Below are positions 46,644 to 57,996 of a DNA stretch of 64,000 nt, piece after piece; within the stretch, counting starts at the first letter, position 1; every line of letters starts with the position of its first letter. The stretch spans positions 66,916 to 130,915 of the forward strand of contig JANQOE010000039.1 of the NCBI GenBank assembly GCA_028279245.1, in the 5' to 3' direction. Source of the stretch: Alphaproteobacteria bacterium (GTDB lineage: Bacteria > Pseudomonadota > Alphaproteobacteria > UBA6615). The position numbers and the translations under genes were made by a program. Under the pieces are notes generated by a model. That model made no database searches, had not been told where the DNA came from, and saw nothing but the letters and a program-made list of their open reading frames with translations.

Positions 46644-47087
46644 ATGAAGGATATCGCCGACAAGATTGCAGCGGAGCAGAGCGTGCGTATCTTGGGCATT
46701 GCTATTTTGCCATCGCGAGCGTTCTTCACCAAAAAGAAAATGGAAGCCGCGTCGGACTTCTCTGGCCTTAAGATTCGCTCGCCGCAACTCGACAACTGGC
46801 TTGCGTCCTATTCTTCGCTCGGGGCAAATCCGACGCCAGTGAATTGGAACGAGGTGTCCCTGGCTCTGCAGACCAGCTTGGTCGAAGGTGGTCACGGGTT
46901 GCCAGCCGACACTAAACCCAACAACTGGCACAAGGCCGCGCCGTACATAACCGACCTCGAGGACATGTTATACGACCGTGCATGCGCAGATGTCTTGTCT
47001 AGACTCAAGAGTAGACATTCCGGCCTTAGGATGATTGATCAGGTGATTCGACGCCATCCGATTGACCAACCCGGCGCTCTTCGCTGA
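46644..47087 (+). pseudogene. TRAP DctP-family substrate-binding protein internal/C-terminal fragment
   Basis: ...GLKIRSPQLDNWLASYSSLGANPTPVNWNEVSLALQTSLVEGGH... DctP motif block without signal peptide/N-terminal domain. Confidence 0.55.
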
Positions 47088-47170
47088 GGCGCATTTATAA
47101 GTAGATCAGTCCATTAGACGCCGAAACTCAGACAGGACATCAGCTTCAATGATGCCATTCTGTGGGAGGT

Positions 47171-47248
47171 TGGGGTGGCTGAGGGGACTTGAACCCCCGG
47201 CCCCCAGATCCACAATCTGGTGCTCTAACCAACTGAGCTACAGCCACC
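47171..47248 (-). tRNA. tRNA-His (anticodon GTG), with encoded G-1 and CCA
   Basis: Reverse complement folds as cloverleaf: acceptor GTGGCTG/CAGCCAC, D-arm GCTC-AGTTGGTTA-GAGC, anticodon loop TTGTGGA, T-arm GGGGG-TTCAAGT-CCCCT, discriminator C, CCA. Confidence 0.85.
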
Positions 47249-47465
47249 ACCCGACCGGAAACGTGTAATCCGGGCCCGAGGGGGCGTCAAGCGGACCTGA
47301 CAAGCCCCGGAACCGTGAAATCTCGACTGCCGGGAATAAAACCGGCCTCGCCCCGTCTTTCTTCTATGGGAGGGGTGGTCACCCCGCGACACATTCGCAC
47401 CCGCGTATCCAAGCCAACAGTACCATCCCTCCCGACATACCCTTACGGAAAGGCGTTCATCATCA

Positions 47466-47602
47466 TGACCAGACGACTTCGATTGCTCCCGCCGGCCCTG
47501 GCCGCGGCGCTTCTATTCGCCCTTGCCGCCTGCGAAGAGCAGGGCACCCAGACCGGGGAGGTCCCGCCGCAGCAGCAAGAACAGCCGGCACCCTCGCAAT
47601 AA
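47466..47602 (+). CDS. Small putative lipoprotein (45 aa)
   Basis: Inner ATG of ORF 47315..47602; MTRRLRLLPPALAAALLFALAAC lipobox then Gln/Glu/Pro-rich tail; immediately upstream of ECF sigma. Confidence 0.4.
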
Positions 47603-47765
47603 CCTCGCCAGGTCTGCGCGAACGTTAACTATCTCGGTTTCGCCCGGGTGGTGCCGCTTTGTTGCCACATCAGGACACTTCCATGGGTCAGCAAAGGTGT
47701 TCAGTCGTCGCCCGCGCGGGAAATAAGAGGGGGCAAGCGCGCCGACTTATCCGGGAGTTGCCGGC

Positions 47766-48275
47766 GTGGCGGCCAGTAAACAGGAAATCACTCTTCACTT
47801 GGCGGCTTTACGCCGCTTTGCATTCGCCTTGACCGGTGACCGCAACGAGGCGGACGATCTGGTGCAGGAGAGTCTGACGCGCGTTATGGCGCACCGCATG
47901 CGCCTGGGCGGCGTCAGGAACCTGCGGTCCTATCTGTTTAGGGTCCTGCGCAATGCGCATATCGATAACGCCAAGCGGGCGCGGCGCTCGGCCGACATTG
48001 TGCCGCTCGAGCGGGTTGCGCCGACGCTCCAGTCAGCCCCGTCCCAGGCAGATCACCTGGAAATGAAGGAGTTGGAACAAGCCCTGGCCCGCCTACCGGA
48101 AGATCAGCGGCAGGTCATTCTACTCGTCGCCTACGAGGGCATCAGCTATCGCGAGGCGGCGGACATAATCGGCGTGCCCATCGGCACCGTGATGTCACGG
48201 CTCTCGCGGGGGCGAGAGGCACTACGGGCCCGGCTTGACCGGGCGCCAGTTACCTATTTGAAGAAGGCCCAATGA
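47766..48275 (+). CDS. ECF-subfamily RNA polymerase sigma-70 factor
   Basis: Region 2 ...EADDLVQESLTRVMAH... and region 4 ...VAYEGISYREAADIIGVPIGTVMSRLSRGREAL. Confidence 0.85.
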   Translation: MAASKQEITLHLAALRRFAFALTGDRNEADDLVQESLTRVMAHRMRLGGVRNLRSYLFRVLRNAHIDNAKRARRSADIVPLERVAPTLQSAPSQADHLEMKELEQALARLPEDQRQVILLVAYEGISYREAADIIGVPIGTVMSRLSRGREALRARLDRAPVTYLKKAQ

Positions 48276-49204
48276 ACAGAAGCATTACCGAAAACGACCT
48301 CCACGCCTACGTGGATGGCCACCTGGATCCCGACCTCCGGCGCGAGATCGAAGCGTTTCTCTCCACCTCGCCACGACATGCTGCTCTGGTCGAAGACTAC
48401 CGGCGCCAGCGGATCGTCCTGCATCGCCTGTACGATCGGATTGAGGAGGGCGACCTCCCCGCACAGCTTGAGTCGTTGGCGGCCAGCGCCGACCGCGCAA
48501 GACGCGTTGGCCGGCTCGTTCATGGTGCCGCCCGCGGCGGCGCTCTTTGCGTTGTCCTGGCACTTGTTGCGGGAACACTCTTCTATAGCGCACCGCGGTT
48601 CGACCAGGTCGCCGATCCGCTGGTCGATTTCCGGCGCCAGGCCGTGGCCGCGCACCTGGCACTCGGCGATGATCCCCTCACCACGGACCCAGCGGTCGAA
48701 GGCGCCTCGCTGACGGTGCCGGAGCTGGACGCCATAGGCCTGATCCCTGTCGCACGCCGGCTGCTGCAGACCAGTTCCGGTCACGCCTTGCAGATCATCT
48801 ATGCCGACAAGGACAATGTGCGTGTGACCCTCTACGCCCAATCGGTCGCCGGCGACAAACGTGGTTCAGCCTTCGCTGCTGACCAGGGTGTTGGCCAGAT
48901 CTTCTGGCGCGACGGCGGCGTTGCCTTCAGCTTGCTCGGCATGCCTGACGAAGAGCGGCTAACCCATATTGCCGACGCCATCGGCGGCATCGGCTCGGCG
49001 ATGTTCCCCCTGACGGAAGTGCCCCTGGACACCGCAACCTCGACGGCGGTGCAGATCGAATTGGAGCCATTGGCTGACGGTGCGGCAGATGAAATCGAGG
49101 TGCTGCCAGCGCCGGTTCAGCCGGAGGTCGAGCCAGTAGACCAGGAGCCGCTGCCCGCCACACAAAGCCGCCGCTTCAAACTGGCGCAACCGGTGAGGGC
49201 CTAG
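48272..49204 (+). CDS. Anti-sigma factor (membrane-spanning, co-transcribed with ECF sigma)
   Basis: Start overlaps sigma stop; N-term ...DLHAYVDGHLDPDLRREIEAFL... anti-sigma signature, one TM (LCVVLALVAGTLFYS), periplasmic domain. Confidence 0.7.
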   Translation: MNRSITENDLHAYVDGHLDPDLRREIEAFLSTSPRHAALVEDYRRQRIVLHRLYDRIEEGDLPAQLESLAASADRARRVGRLVHGAARGGALCVVLALVAGTLFYSAPRFDQVADPLVDFRRQAVAAHLALGDDPLTTDPAVEGASLTVPELDAIGLIPVARRLLQTSSGHALQIIYADKDNVRVTLYAQSVAGDKRGSAFAADQGVGQIFWRDGGVAFSLLGMPDEERLTHIADAIGGIGSAMFPLTEVPLDTATSTAVQIELEPLADGAADEIEVLPAPVQPEVEPVDQEPLPATQSRRFKLAQPVRA

Positions 49205-50358
49205 CCTAGAAACCCGGCCAGTTTGGACACCGCGTCGTCCAGCACTGAGTCTGCTTTGCAGAAACAAAACCGCAAGAAGCCGCCGACATCAGGCGTCTGG
49301 TAGAAGGCACTCAACGGGATGGCAGTCACCCCGGCCTCAAGCGTCAGCACCCGGCAGAAAGCCTCGTCGTCCACGTGATCGGCGAGCCCGCGGTAGCCCG
49401 CATTGAGGAAGTAGGTGCCGTCACAGGGCAGGAGATCAAAGCCGATGCCCGCCAGACCGTCCGCCAGACGGTCGCGCTTTCGCTTCATGTCTTGGCCGAG
49501 TTCCGTGAAGTACCCATCGTCAAGCGACAGCCCGTAGGCGGTGGCATGCTGCAAATTCGGCGGCGTCGTGAAGACAAGAAACTGATGCGCCTTGCTGACT
49601 GGCCCCAGCAAGTCGGCCGAGGCGGTCAGGTACCCGACCTTCCATCCGGTCAGCGAGAACGTCTTGCCGGCCGATCCGATACGCAGGCACCGGTCACGCA
49701 TCCCCGGCAAGGTGATGAGCGGCACGTGCTCCGCCCCGTCAAACGTAATGTGCTCATAGACTTCATCACAGACCACGAAGGCATCGGAACGTTCGACTAG
49801 GCCCGCCAGGAACAGCAACTCGTCTCGCGTGAACACCTTCCCGGTGGGGTTCATCGGCGTGTTGAGCAGCAGCAGCTTGGTACGGTAGGTAAACGCGTTT
49901 TCCAGGTCCGCGCGGGGCAGGCTCCAGTCCGGCGGCTCGACACGAACCAGCTTCGGCACACCGCCGGCCCGGCGGACGATCGGCAGATAGCTGTCGTACA
50001 GCGGCTCGATCAGCACGACCTCGTCGCCCGGCTCGATCAGTCCGAACAGACACGCCGCCAGCGCCTCGGTCGCACCGGATGTCACTATGACCTCCCGCGA
50101 CCAATCGACATCCAGCCCATAGAAGCGCTTGGCATGCCGGGCCACCTCCTGCCGCAACTCGGGGAGGCCAAGCATCGGCGGATACTGATTGTTCTTCTCG
50201 GTCAGCGCCACGGCCGCCGCACGCACAACGTCGCCGGGCCCATTCCCGTCGGGAAATCCCTGCCCCAGATTGACCGCGCCATGCTCGATGGCAAGCCGGC
50301 TCATGACCTCGAAGACCGTGGTGCCATAGCTCGACAAGACGGAATTGGCCGGCTTCAT
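49201..50358 (-). CDS. PLP-dependent aminotransferase class I/II (MalY/YbdL methionine-aminotransferase-like)
   Basis: ORF 49201..50595, start taken at MKPANSVLSSYGTTVFEV...; ...LLLNTPMNPTGKVF... and SAGKTFSLTGWKVGY PLP-lysine motif. Confidence 0.75.
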   Translation of the reverse strand: MKPANSVLSSYGTTVFEVMSRLAIEHGAVNLGQGFPDGNGPGDVVRAAAVALTEKNNQYPPMLGLPELRQEVARHAKRFYGLDVDWSREVIVTSGATEALAACLFGLIEPGDEVVLIEPLYDSYLPIVRRAGGVPKLVRVEPPDWSLPRADLENAFTYRTKLLLLNTPMNPTGKVFTRDELLFLAGLVERSDAFVVCDEVYEHITFDGAEHVPLITLPGMRDRCLRIGSAGKTFSLTGWKVGYLTASADLLGPVSKAHQFLVFTTPPNLQHATAYGLSLDDGYFTELGQDMKRKRDRLADGLAGIGFDLLPCDGTYFLNAGYRGLADHVDDEAFCRVLTLEAGVTAIPLSAFYQTPDVGGFLRFCFCKADSVLDDAVSKLAGFLG

Positions 50359-50434
50359 CGAGGCCTCCAGATGTTTGCCCGCGCACGCCGCCTCATGCAT
50401 AGTCTGGCGGTCGCGGATAGAGAGGAATTCCAAG

Positions 50435-51601
50435 ATGTTACACCTTGCCGCCGGGATGTCACGGCTCGGCACCGAGACGGCCTTTGAAGTTTTGGCGCGG
50501 GCCGAAGCCCTCTCCCGCGAAGGCCGCGACATCATCAACCTCGGGATCGGCCAGCCCGACTTTAAGACACCGCCCCATATCGTCGAAGCGGCCACGAAGG
50601 CCCTGCATGATGGCCATCATGGGTATACGCCCTCACCCGGCATCCTGCCGCTGCGCGAAGCCGTCGCCGCGGACATCCGGAAGTACCGGGGTGTGGAGGT
50701 CTCGCCGGAACGGATTGTCGTGGTTCCGGGCGGCAAGGTCACCATGTTCTTCGCCATCCTGATGTTCGGCGAATCCGGTGCCGAGATCCTCTATCCGAAC
50801 CCCGGCTTCCCGATCTATGAGTCCGTCATCAACTTCACCGGCGCCAAGGCGATCCCCATTCCGCTGGTCGAGGAGAAGGACTTCTCCTTCGATGCCGACA
50901 CCGTCCTCAACCTGATCACGGAGCGGACCCGACTGGTGATCCTGAACTCGCCGGCCAACCCAACCGGCGGCGCAGTCCCGAAGCAGGAGATCGACAAGCT
51001 GGTTGCCGGACTGGCAAAGCGGCCGGACGTGGCGATCCTCAGCGACGAGATCTACTCGCGCATTGTCTACGACGGCCACCCCCACACTTCCCTGCTCGCC
51101 TATCCGGAACTCGCCGATCAGCTCATCATGCTGGACGGCTGGAGCAAGACCTACGCCATGACTGGCTGGCGCCTCGGCTACGCGGTGTGGCCGGCAGCAA
51201 TCGCCGACAAGGCCGCCCGGCTTTCAGTGAACTGCCATTCATGCGTCAATGCGGCGACCCAGTTCGCCGGCATTGCCGCGCTTGAGGGCCCTCAGGACCA
51301 GGTTGACGAGATGGTCCGGGCCTTTGACAAGCGCCGTGAGGTCATCGTCTCCGGCCTGAACGGCCTGCCCGGCGTCACCTGCCGCAATCCCGGCGGCGCC
51401 TTCTACGCCTTTCCCAACATCACCGGCACCGGTATGGATGCGCGCACCCTCCAGAACAATCTCCTTGAGGAGGTTGGCATCGCGACCGTGGCGGGCACAA
51501 GTTTCGGGGCGTTCGGCGAGGGCTATCTGCGTTTCTCCTACGCGAACAGCGTTGAAAATATTCAGCTCTCACTGGACCGTCTGGCGACGTTCTTTCGCTG
51601 A
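50435..51601 (+). CDS. PLP-dependent aminotransferase class I (aspartate/aromatic aminotransferase-like)
   Basis: ORF 50345..51601, start taken at MLHLAAGMSRLGTETAFEVL; ...LNSPANPTGG... and GWSKTYAMTGWRLGY PLP-lysine motif. Confidence 0.8.
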   Translation: MLHLAAGMSRLGTETAFEVLARAEALSREGRDIINLGIGQPDFKTPPHIVEAATKALHDGHHGYTPSPGILPLREAVAADIRKYRGVEVSPERIVVVPGGKVTMFFAILMFGESGAEILYPNPGFPIYESVINFTGAKAIPIPLVEEKDFSFDADTVLNLITERTRLVILNSPANPTGGAVPKQEIDKLVAGLAKRPDVAILSDEIYSRIVYDGHPHTSLLAYPELADQLIMLDGWSKTYAMTGWRLGYAVWPAAIADKAARLSVNCHSCVNAATQFAGIAALEGPQDQVDEMVRAFDKRREVIVSGLNGLPGVTCRNPGGAFYAFPNITGTGMDARTLQNNLLEEVGIATVAGTSFGAFGEGYLRFSYANSVENIQLSLDRLATFFR

Positions 51602-51664
51602 TCCGGCGTCATTGCCGGCACTGATTAGCCATACTAAGTAAGCGTCGCAACTCCGAGGGACGCA

Positions 51665-52783
51665 ATGGGCAAGCTAGGCAATCTCGCGATCACGGCAGTG
51701 GTTTTGGGCGGAATGGCGATCGCCTACTGGTTCGTAGCATTACGGGACACCACCACGGCCCAAGCCGGAGGACCCACCGGTGCCCCGCCCGGACTCGTCG
51801 TCGAGGCAACGGAGGCGGTCCGTGGCACCTCCGTCCGCAAACTGAAGGCCGTCGGCACCCTCGCATCCAACCAATCGGTCACCATCAGCCCCGAAATCGC
51901 CGGCCGCGTCACCCAGATCCTGTTCGAGAACGGCGATCGAGTGGAAGCGGGCGATCAATTGATCGAATTGGACCAGAGCGTCCAACTCGCCGAACTGGCC
52001 GATGCCGAAGCAACTCTGGATCTGGCAAGGCGCGAATATGACCGCGCGGACGATCTGGTCAATCGCGGTACCGTCGCCGTGGCGCGGCGCGACGAAGCCG
52101 TCGCCGACCTCCGCTCAGCCGAGGCGCGGGTGAACCTCGCCCGGGCCCAGCTTGAGAAAATGGATATAGCGGCGCCGTTCGACGGGACCATTGGCATTCG
52201 GAAGGTCGATGTCGGCGACTTTCTCAATGTGGGCGAAGAGATCGTCAACTTGGAGCAGATCGTGCCGATCAAGGTTACGTTCGAGGTTCCCGAACGCTTC
52301 CTCCAGGATGTCACGATGGGGAAGGAACTGCTCCTTCGGAGCGATGCCTATGCGGGCGAAACCTTCGCCGCACACATCAGTGCCATCGACCCACTGGTCA
52401 ACCCGCGCACACGGAGCATTCGCATCGAGGCCCTGGTCGGCAATGAAGACCTGCGGCTGCGACCGGGACAATTCGTCTCCGTCACCATCCGCGTCGATGA
52501 GCGCCGCGATGTAGTTTTTATCCCGGAACAAGCGGTCGTGCCCAACAGCGACGAACCGCTGGTCTTCCGGGTCAACGAGGGCACGGTCGAACTGGTCCCC
52601 ATAGAGACCGGCGCTCGCATCGCCCGGCACGTCGAGGTCCGCAGTGGCATCGTCCCCGGCGACGTTGTGGTAACCGCGGGTCAACAGCGCTTGGCCGACG
52701 GAACCCCGGTGACCGTGACCGAGCCAACCTACATTCCACCCAGCCCGGCAGACGAAGAAATCCAAGTCCTGCAGGGGTCCTAA
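51665..52783 (+). CDS. RND efflux periplasmic adaptor (membrane fusion protein)
   Basis: N-terminal TM, biotinyl-lipoyl/hairpin/beta-barrel domain pattern, directly upstream of RND pump. Confidence 0.9.
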   Translation: MGKLGNLAITAVVLGGMAIAYWFVALRDTTTAQAGGPTGAPPGLVVEATEAVRGTSVRKLKAVGTLASNQSVTISPEIAGRVTQILFENGDRVEAGDQLIELDQSVQLAELADAEATLDLARREYDRADDLVNRGTVAVARRDEAVADLRSAEARVNLARAQLEKMDIAAPFDGTIGIRKVDVGDFLNVGEEIVNLEQIVPIKVTFEVPERFLQDVTMGKELLLRSDAYAGETFAAHISAIDPLVNPRTRSIRIEALVGNEDLRLRPGQFVSVTIRVDERRDVVFIPEQAVVPNSDEPLVFRVNEGTVELVPIETGARIARHVEVRSGIVPGDVVVTAGQQRLADGTPVTVTEPTYIPPSPADEEIQVLQGS

Positions 52784-52786
52784 GAC

Positions 52787-55700
52787 ATGGGCGGACTCCC
52801 CAGCATCAGCATCAAGCGTCCGGTCTTCGCAATGGTGCTGAGCCTCCTGGTCGTGCTGATCGGTTTGGTATCGATGAGCCGACTCACGGTTCGCGAGTAT
52901 CCGGAGATCGATGAGCCCACGGTCAGCGTCACCACCCTGTTCCGCGGTGCGCCGGCCGAATTGATGGAAACCCAGATCACAACCATCATCGAGGACTCCC
53001 TGGCCGGCATCGAAGGGATCAAGACGATCAGTTCGATCAGCCGGGAAGAAACCAGCGAGATCACGGTGACCTTCCGGTTGGGCCGCGATCCCGATGACGC
53101 CGCCGCCGAGGTGCGCGACCGCGTCGGCCGAGTACGCGGCGATCTGCCGGACGACGTGGAAGAACCGATCGTCGCCAAGGTGGAGGCCAACGCCGACCCG
53201 ATCATCTGGATCGCCTTTTCCAGCGCGCGCCACACGCCGGCGCAGATGACCGATGTGGTCGACCGGTTCGTCGTCGATGAGATCAAGCGGATCGACGGAG
53301 TCGCCGACGCCATCATTTTCGCCGAACGGCGCTTTGCCATGCGGCTGTGGCTCGATGCCCTGGACCTCGCCGGCCACGGGATCACCACCGACGATGTCGA
53401 AGACGCACTCCGCCGGCAAAACCAGGAGATCCCCGGCGGCCGCGTGGAAAGCCGGCAAAGGGAATTCACCGTCCGCAATGAAAGCGACCTGCAGACCGTC
53501 GAACAGTTCAACGATCTGATCCTACGCGCCGACGGCGACCATCTGCTGCGCCTAAGCGATGTGGGCCGGGCGGTGCTTGGTGTTGAGGAGGATCGGCAGG
53601 TCGCCCGCTTCATGGGCGTCGAAGCCATCGCCATCGGTGTGGTCCGTCAGTCCGTCGCCAACCCGCTGGAGATTTCGCAGGAGGTGACGGAGCTGCTTCC
53701 GGCGATCCAGCAGCGGCTGCCGGACGGCATGCGCATCGATCTCGCCTACGATAGTTCCGTGTTCATCGATGCGTCGATCGACAACGTATTCAAGACCCTG
53801 GTCGAAGCGATCATCCTGGTTCTCGCCGTCATTCTCTTCTTCCTCCGCTCGCCCCGCTCGGTACTGATCCCGCTCGTCACCATCCCGGTCTCGCTGGTCG
53901 GCACGTTTTTCATGATGTGGATCCTCGGATTCTCCATCAACACTCTAACCCTGCTGGCCATGGTCCTAGCAATCGGCCTAGTGGTCGACGATGCCATCGT
54001 CATGCTCGAAAACATCTACCGGCATGTCGAGGCCGGCATGCACCCGATCAAAGCGGCATTGGTCGGCGCGAAGGAGATCCAGTTCGCGGTCATCGCCACG
54101 ACCCTCGCCCTGGCGGCGGTGTTCGTGCCGGTCGCCTTCATCGAGGGACGGACAGGCCGGCTATTCACGGAGTTCGCACTGACCTTGGCCGGCGCAGTCT
54201 TCATTTCCAGTTTCGTGGCGCTCAGCCTATCACCGATGATGTGTTCCCGGCTGCTGCGCCGCGAGGCATCGGAAGGCGCCATCAGCCGCGGCATCGGCCG
54301 GGCGCTCGAAGCGCTTGAACGGGTGTACGGCGTGACGCTCCGCTGGGCGCTCGCCAACCGCGCTGCCGTCGTCCTGATCGCGGTATTTGTCGCCGCCGGC
54401 AATGTCGTCGTCTTCAACCAGCTCCGCAGCGAACTGGCACCCCTGGAGGACCGTGGGGTGCTGTTTGGCATTCTTGTCGGTCCGGAAGGTGCGACAATCG
54501 ATTACACCGACGCGTACATGCGGCAGGTGGAAGAAGCCTACGAAACCATCCCGGAGATGCGTCAGTACTTCACGGCCAGCGGCTTCCAGATCGCGAGTGA
54601 AGGTTTGAGTGTACTCTTGCTCGATCCATGGCAGGAGCGGGAGCGCCACATCACCCAGATCGTCGGGTCGGTCTTCCCGCAGTTTCAGAGTGTGGCAGGG
54701 ACGCTCGCGTTCCCGGTAGCGCCACCGTCCCTCGGCGCCAGCCCGATCGAACGGCCGGTGAATTTCGTCATCATGGACAGCCGCCCGTATGAGGAGATGG
54801 GCGCGTCCCTCGACACCTTCCTTGGGGAGGTCGCGGCCAACCCCGGTCTTGTCAGCGTCGACACCGATCTCCGCATCAATACGCCGCAGCTTCTGATCCA
54901 AATGAACCGCGATCGCATCGGCACACTGGGTCTCGACGTGGCAACGATCGGACGAACCATCGAGACCATGCTAGGCGGCCGCGAAGTAACCCGCTTCAAA
55001 CAGAATGGCGAACAGTACGACGTCATCGTACAAGCTGACGAGGTGGAGCGCGCCTCGCCTGACCAGCTCAGCCGCTTTTTTGTACGCGCGCCGGAAGGCG
55101 ACTTGATCCCGCTATCCGCCCTGGTCGAAATCGAGGAAGTAGTCACACCGCGCGACCGGAATCACTTCAATCGAGCCCGCTCGATAACCGTCACCGCAAA
55201 CCTGGCGCCCGGCTATTCCCAGGGTCAGGCGCTCGACTTTCTGGAAGGCGTTGCCGCCCGGACGTTTCCTCCGACCGCAACCATCGGCTTCGATGGGCAA
55301 AGCCTCGAGTTCAAGGAGTCCGGCGCCAGCCTGATGCTGACCTTCGGCCTGGCACTCATTTTCATCTTCCTGGTCCTGGCGGCACAGTTCGAAAGCTTCG
55401 TCGACCCGACGGTCGTCATGCTGACAGTTCCGCTCTCGGTGATCGGCGCCTTGCTAGCCCTGCAAGCCACGGGTAACACCCTCAACATCTACAGCCAGAT
55501 AGGTCTAATTACCCTTGTCGGTCTCATAACCAAGAACGGCATCCTGATCACCGAGTTTGCCAACCAACTGCAAGACGCCGGCAAGGCCAAAGCCGAAGCG
55601 CTGCTCGAAGCCTCAATTCAACGGCTGCGGCCGATCCTGATGACGGCCTTCTCGATGATCCTCGGGACCCTGCCCCTGGCCGCGGCCAGCGGTGCCGGCG

Positions 55701-55858
55701 CCGAAAGCCGCCACCAGATCGGTTGGGTGATTGTCGGCGGCCTGCTGCTCGGAACCTTCTTTTCGATCTACATCGTCCCGGTGGCGTACAGCTTCATCGG
55801 CCGCGACCGCCAACGCCGGCCAAACCTCAACTATGAGGCCATCGAAGCCGGCTCGTAG
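52787..55858 (+). CDS. RND efflux transporter permease (AcrB/HAE1-like, 1023 aa)
   Basis: 12-TM plus two large periplasmic loops; ...FSINTLTLLAMVLAIGLVVDDAIVMLENI... conserved TM4 motif. Confidence 0.95.
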   Translation: MGGLPSISIKRPVFAMVLSLLVVLIGLVSMSRLTVREYPEIDEPTVSVTTLFRGAPAELMETQITTIIEDSLAGIEGIKTISSISREETSEITVTFRLGRDPDDAAAEVRDRVGRVRGDLPDDVEEPIVAKVEANADPIIWIAFSSARHTPAQMTDVVDRFVVDEIKRIDGVADAIIFAERRFAMRLWLDALDLAGHGITTDDVEDALRRQNQEIPGGRVESRQREFTVRNESDLQTVEQFNDLILRADGDHLLRLSDVGRAVLGVEEDRQVARFMGVEAIAIGVVRQSVANPLEISQEVTELLPAIQQRLPDGMRIDLAYDSSVFIDASIDNVFKTLVEAIILVLAVILFFLRSPRSVLIPLVTIPVSLVGTFFMMWILGFSINTLTLLAMVLAIGLVVDDAIVMLENIYRHVEAGMHPIKAALVGAKEIQFAVIATTLALAAVFVPVAFIEGRTGRLFTEFALTLAGAVFISSFVALSLSPMMCSRLLRREASEGAISRGIGRALEALERVYGVTLRWALANRAAVVLIAVFVAAGNVVVFNQLRSELAPLEDRGVLFGILVGPEGATIDYTDAYMRQVEEAYETIPEMRQYFTASGFQIASEGLSVLLLDPWQERERHITQIVGSVFPQFQSVAGTLAFPVAPPSLGASPIERPVNFVIMDSRPYEEMGASLDTFLGEVAANPGLVSVDTDLRINTPQLLIQMNRDRIGTLGLDVATIGRTIETMLGGREVTRFKQNGEQYDVIVQADEVERASPDQLSRFFVRAPEGDLIPLSALVEIEEVVTPRDRNHFNRARSITVTANLAPGYSQGQALDFLEGVAARTFPPTATIGFDGQSLEFKESGASLMLTFGLALIFIFLVLAAQFESFVDPTVVMLTVPLSVIGALLALQATGNTLNIYSQIGLITLVGLITKNGILITEFANQLQDAGKAKAEALLEASIQRLRPILMTAFSMILGTLPLAAASGAGAESRHQIGWVIVGGLLLGTFFSIYIVPVAYSFIGRDRQRRPNLNYEAIEAGS

Positions 55859-55917
55859 GACCGCCCACGGATTGGGCGGAGGTTGCTCAATTCATAGGCA
55901 TACGGCAAACGCATTGA

Positions 55918-56382
<465 letters not shown>

Positions 56383-56430
56383 CCATTGGCTTCGATCACC
56401 CAAGAATTCAACGAAAAGAGGTAGTTAAGG

Positions 56431-57840
<1,410 letters not shown>

Positions 57841-57864
57841 CCGCACCCAACCGCGCGGTTGAGA

Positions 57865-57918
57865 ACGGGGGCCTTCGGGCCCCCGTTTCCTTATTGGCCC
57901 ATTCTTTCGGGCCAATAA
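57865..57918 (+). terminator. Tandem rho-independent terminator hairpins after glnA
   Basis: acgggggcc-ttcg-ggcccccgt followed by tttcctt, then ttattggccc-attctttc-gggccaataa. Confidence 0.6.
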
Positions 57919-57933
57919 CAAAGACGAGGCATA

Positions 57934-57962
57934 TTGAGCGAGATGACGAAAAGTTGTAAAAT
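57934..57962 (+). promoter_or_regulatory. Candidate sigma70 promoter in unusually AT-rich stretch (TTGAGC-17-TAAAAT)
   Basis: Only strongly AT-rich ~80 bp in window; -35/-10 with 17-bp spacer ~35 bp upstream of aminotransferase start. Confidence 0.3.
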
Positions 57963-57996
57963 AACAATATTATACACACATAACGGGATATCATCG

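Larger units (their letters stand above)
35004..47248. mobile_element. Candidate ancient tRNA-His-associated genomic island (~12.2 kb), no integrase retained
   Basis: Bounded by intact tRNA-His and a diverged direct repeat of its 3' 54 nt; contents are a self-contained catabolic cassette plus decayed gene fragments at the tRNA-proximal edge. Confidence 0.4.

Noticed and set aside
35004-47248. Active integrative element or prophage
   Set aside because: No integrase, excisionase, transposase, phage structural genes or conjugation genes detected in any frame; interpreted as a fixed relic.
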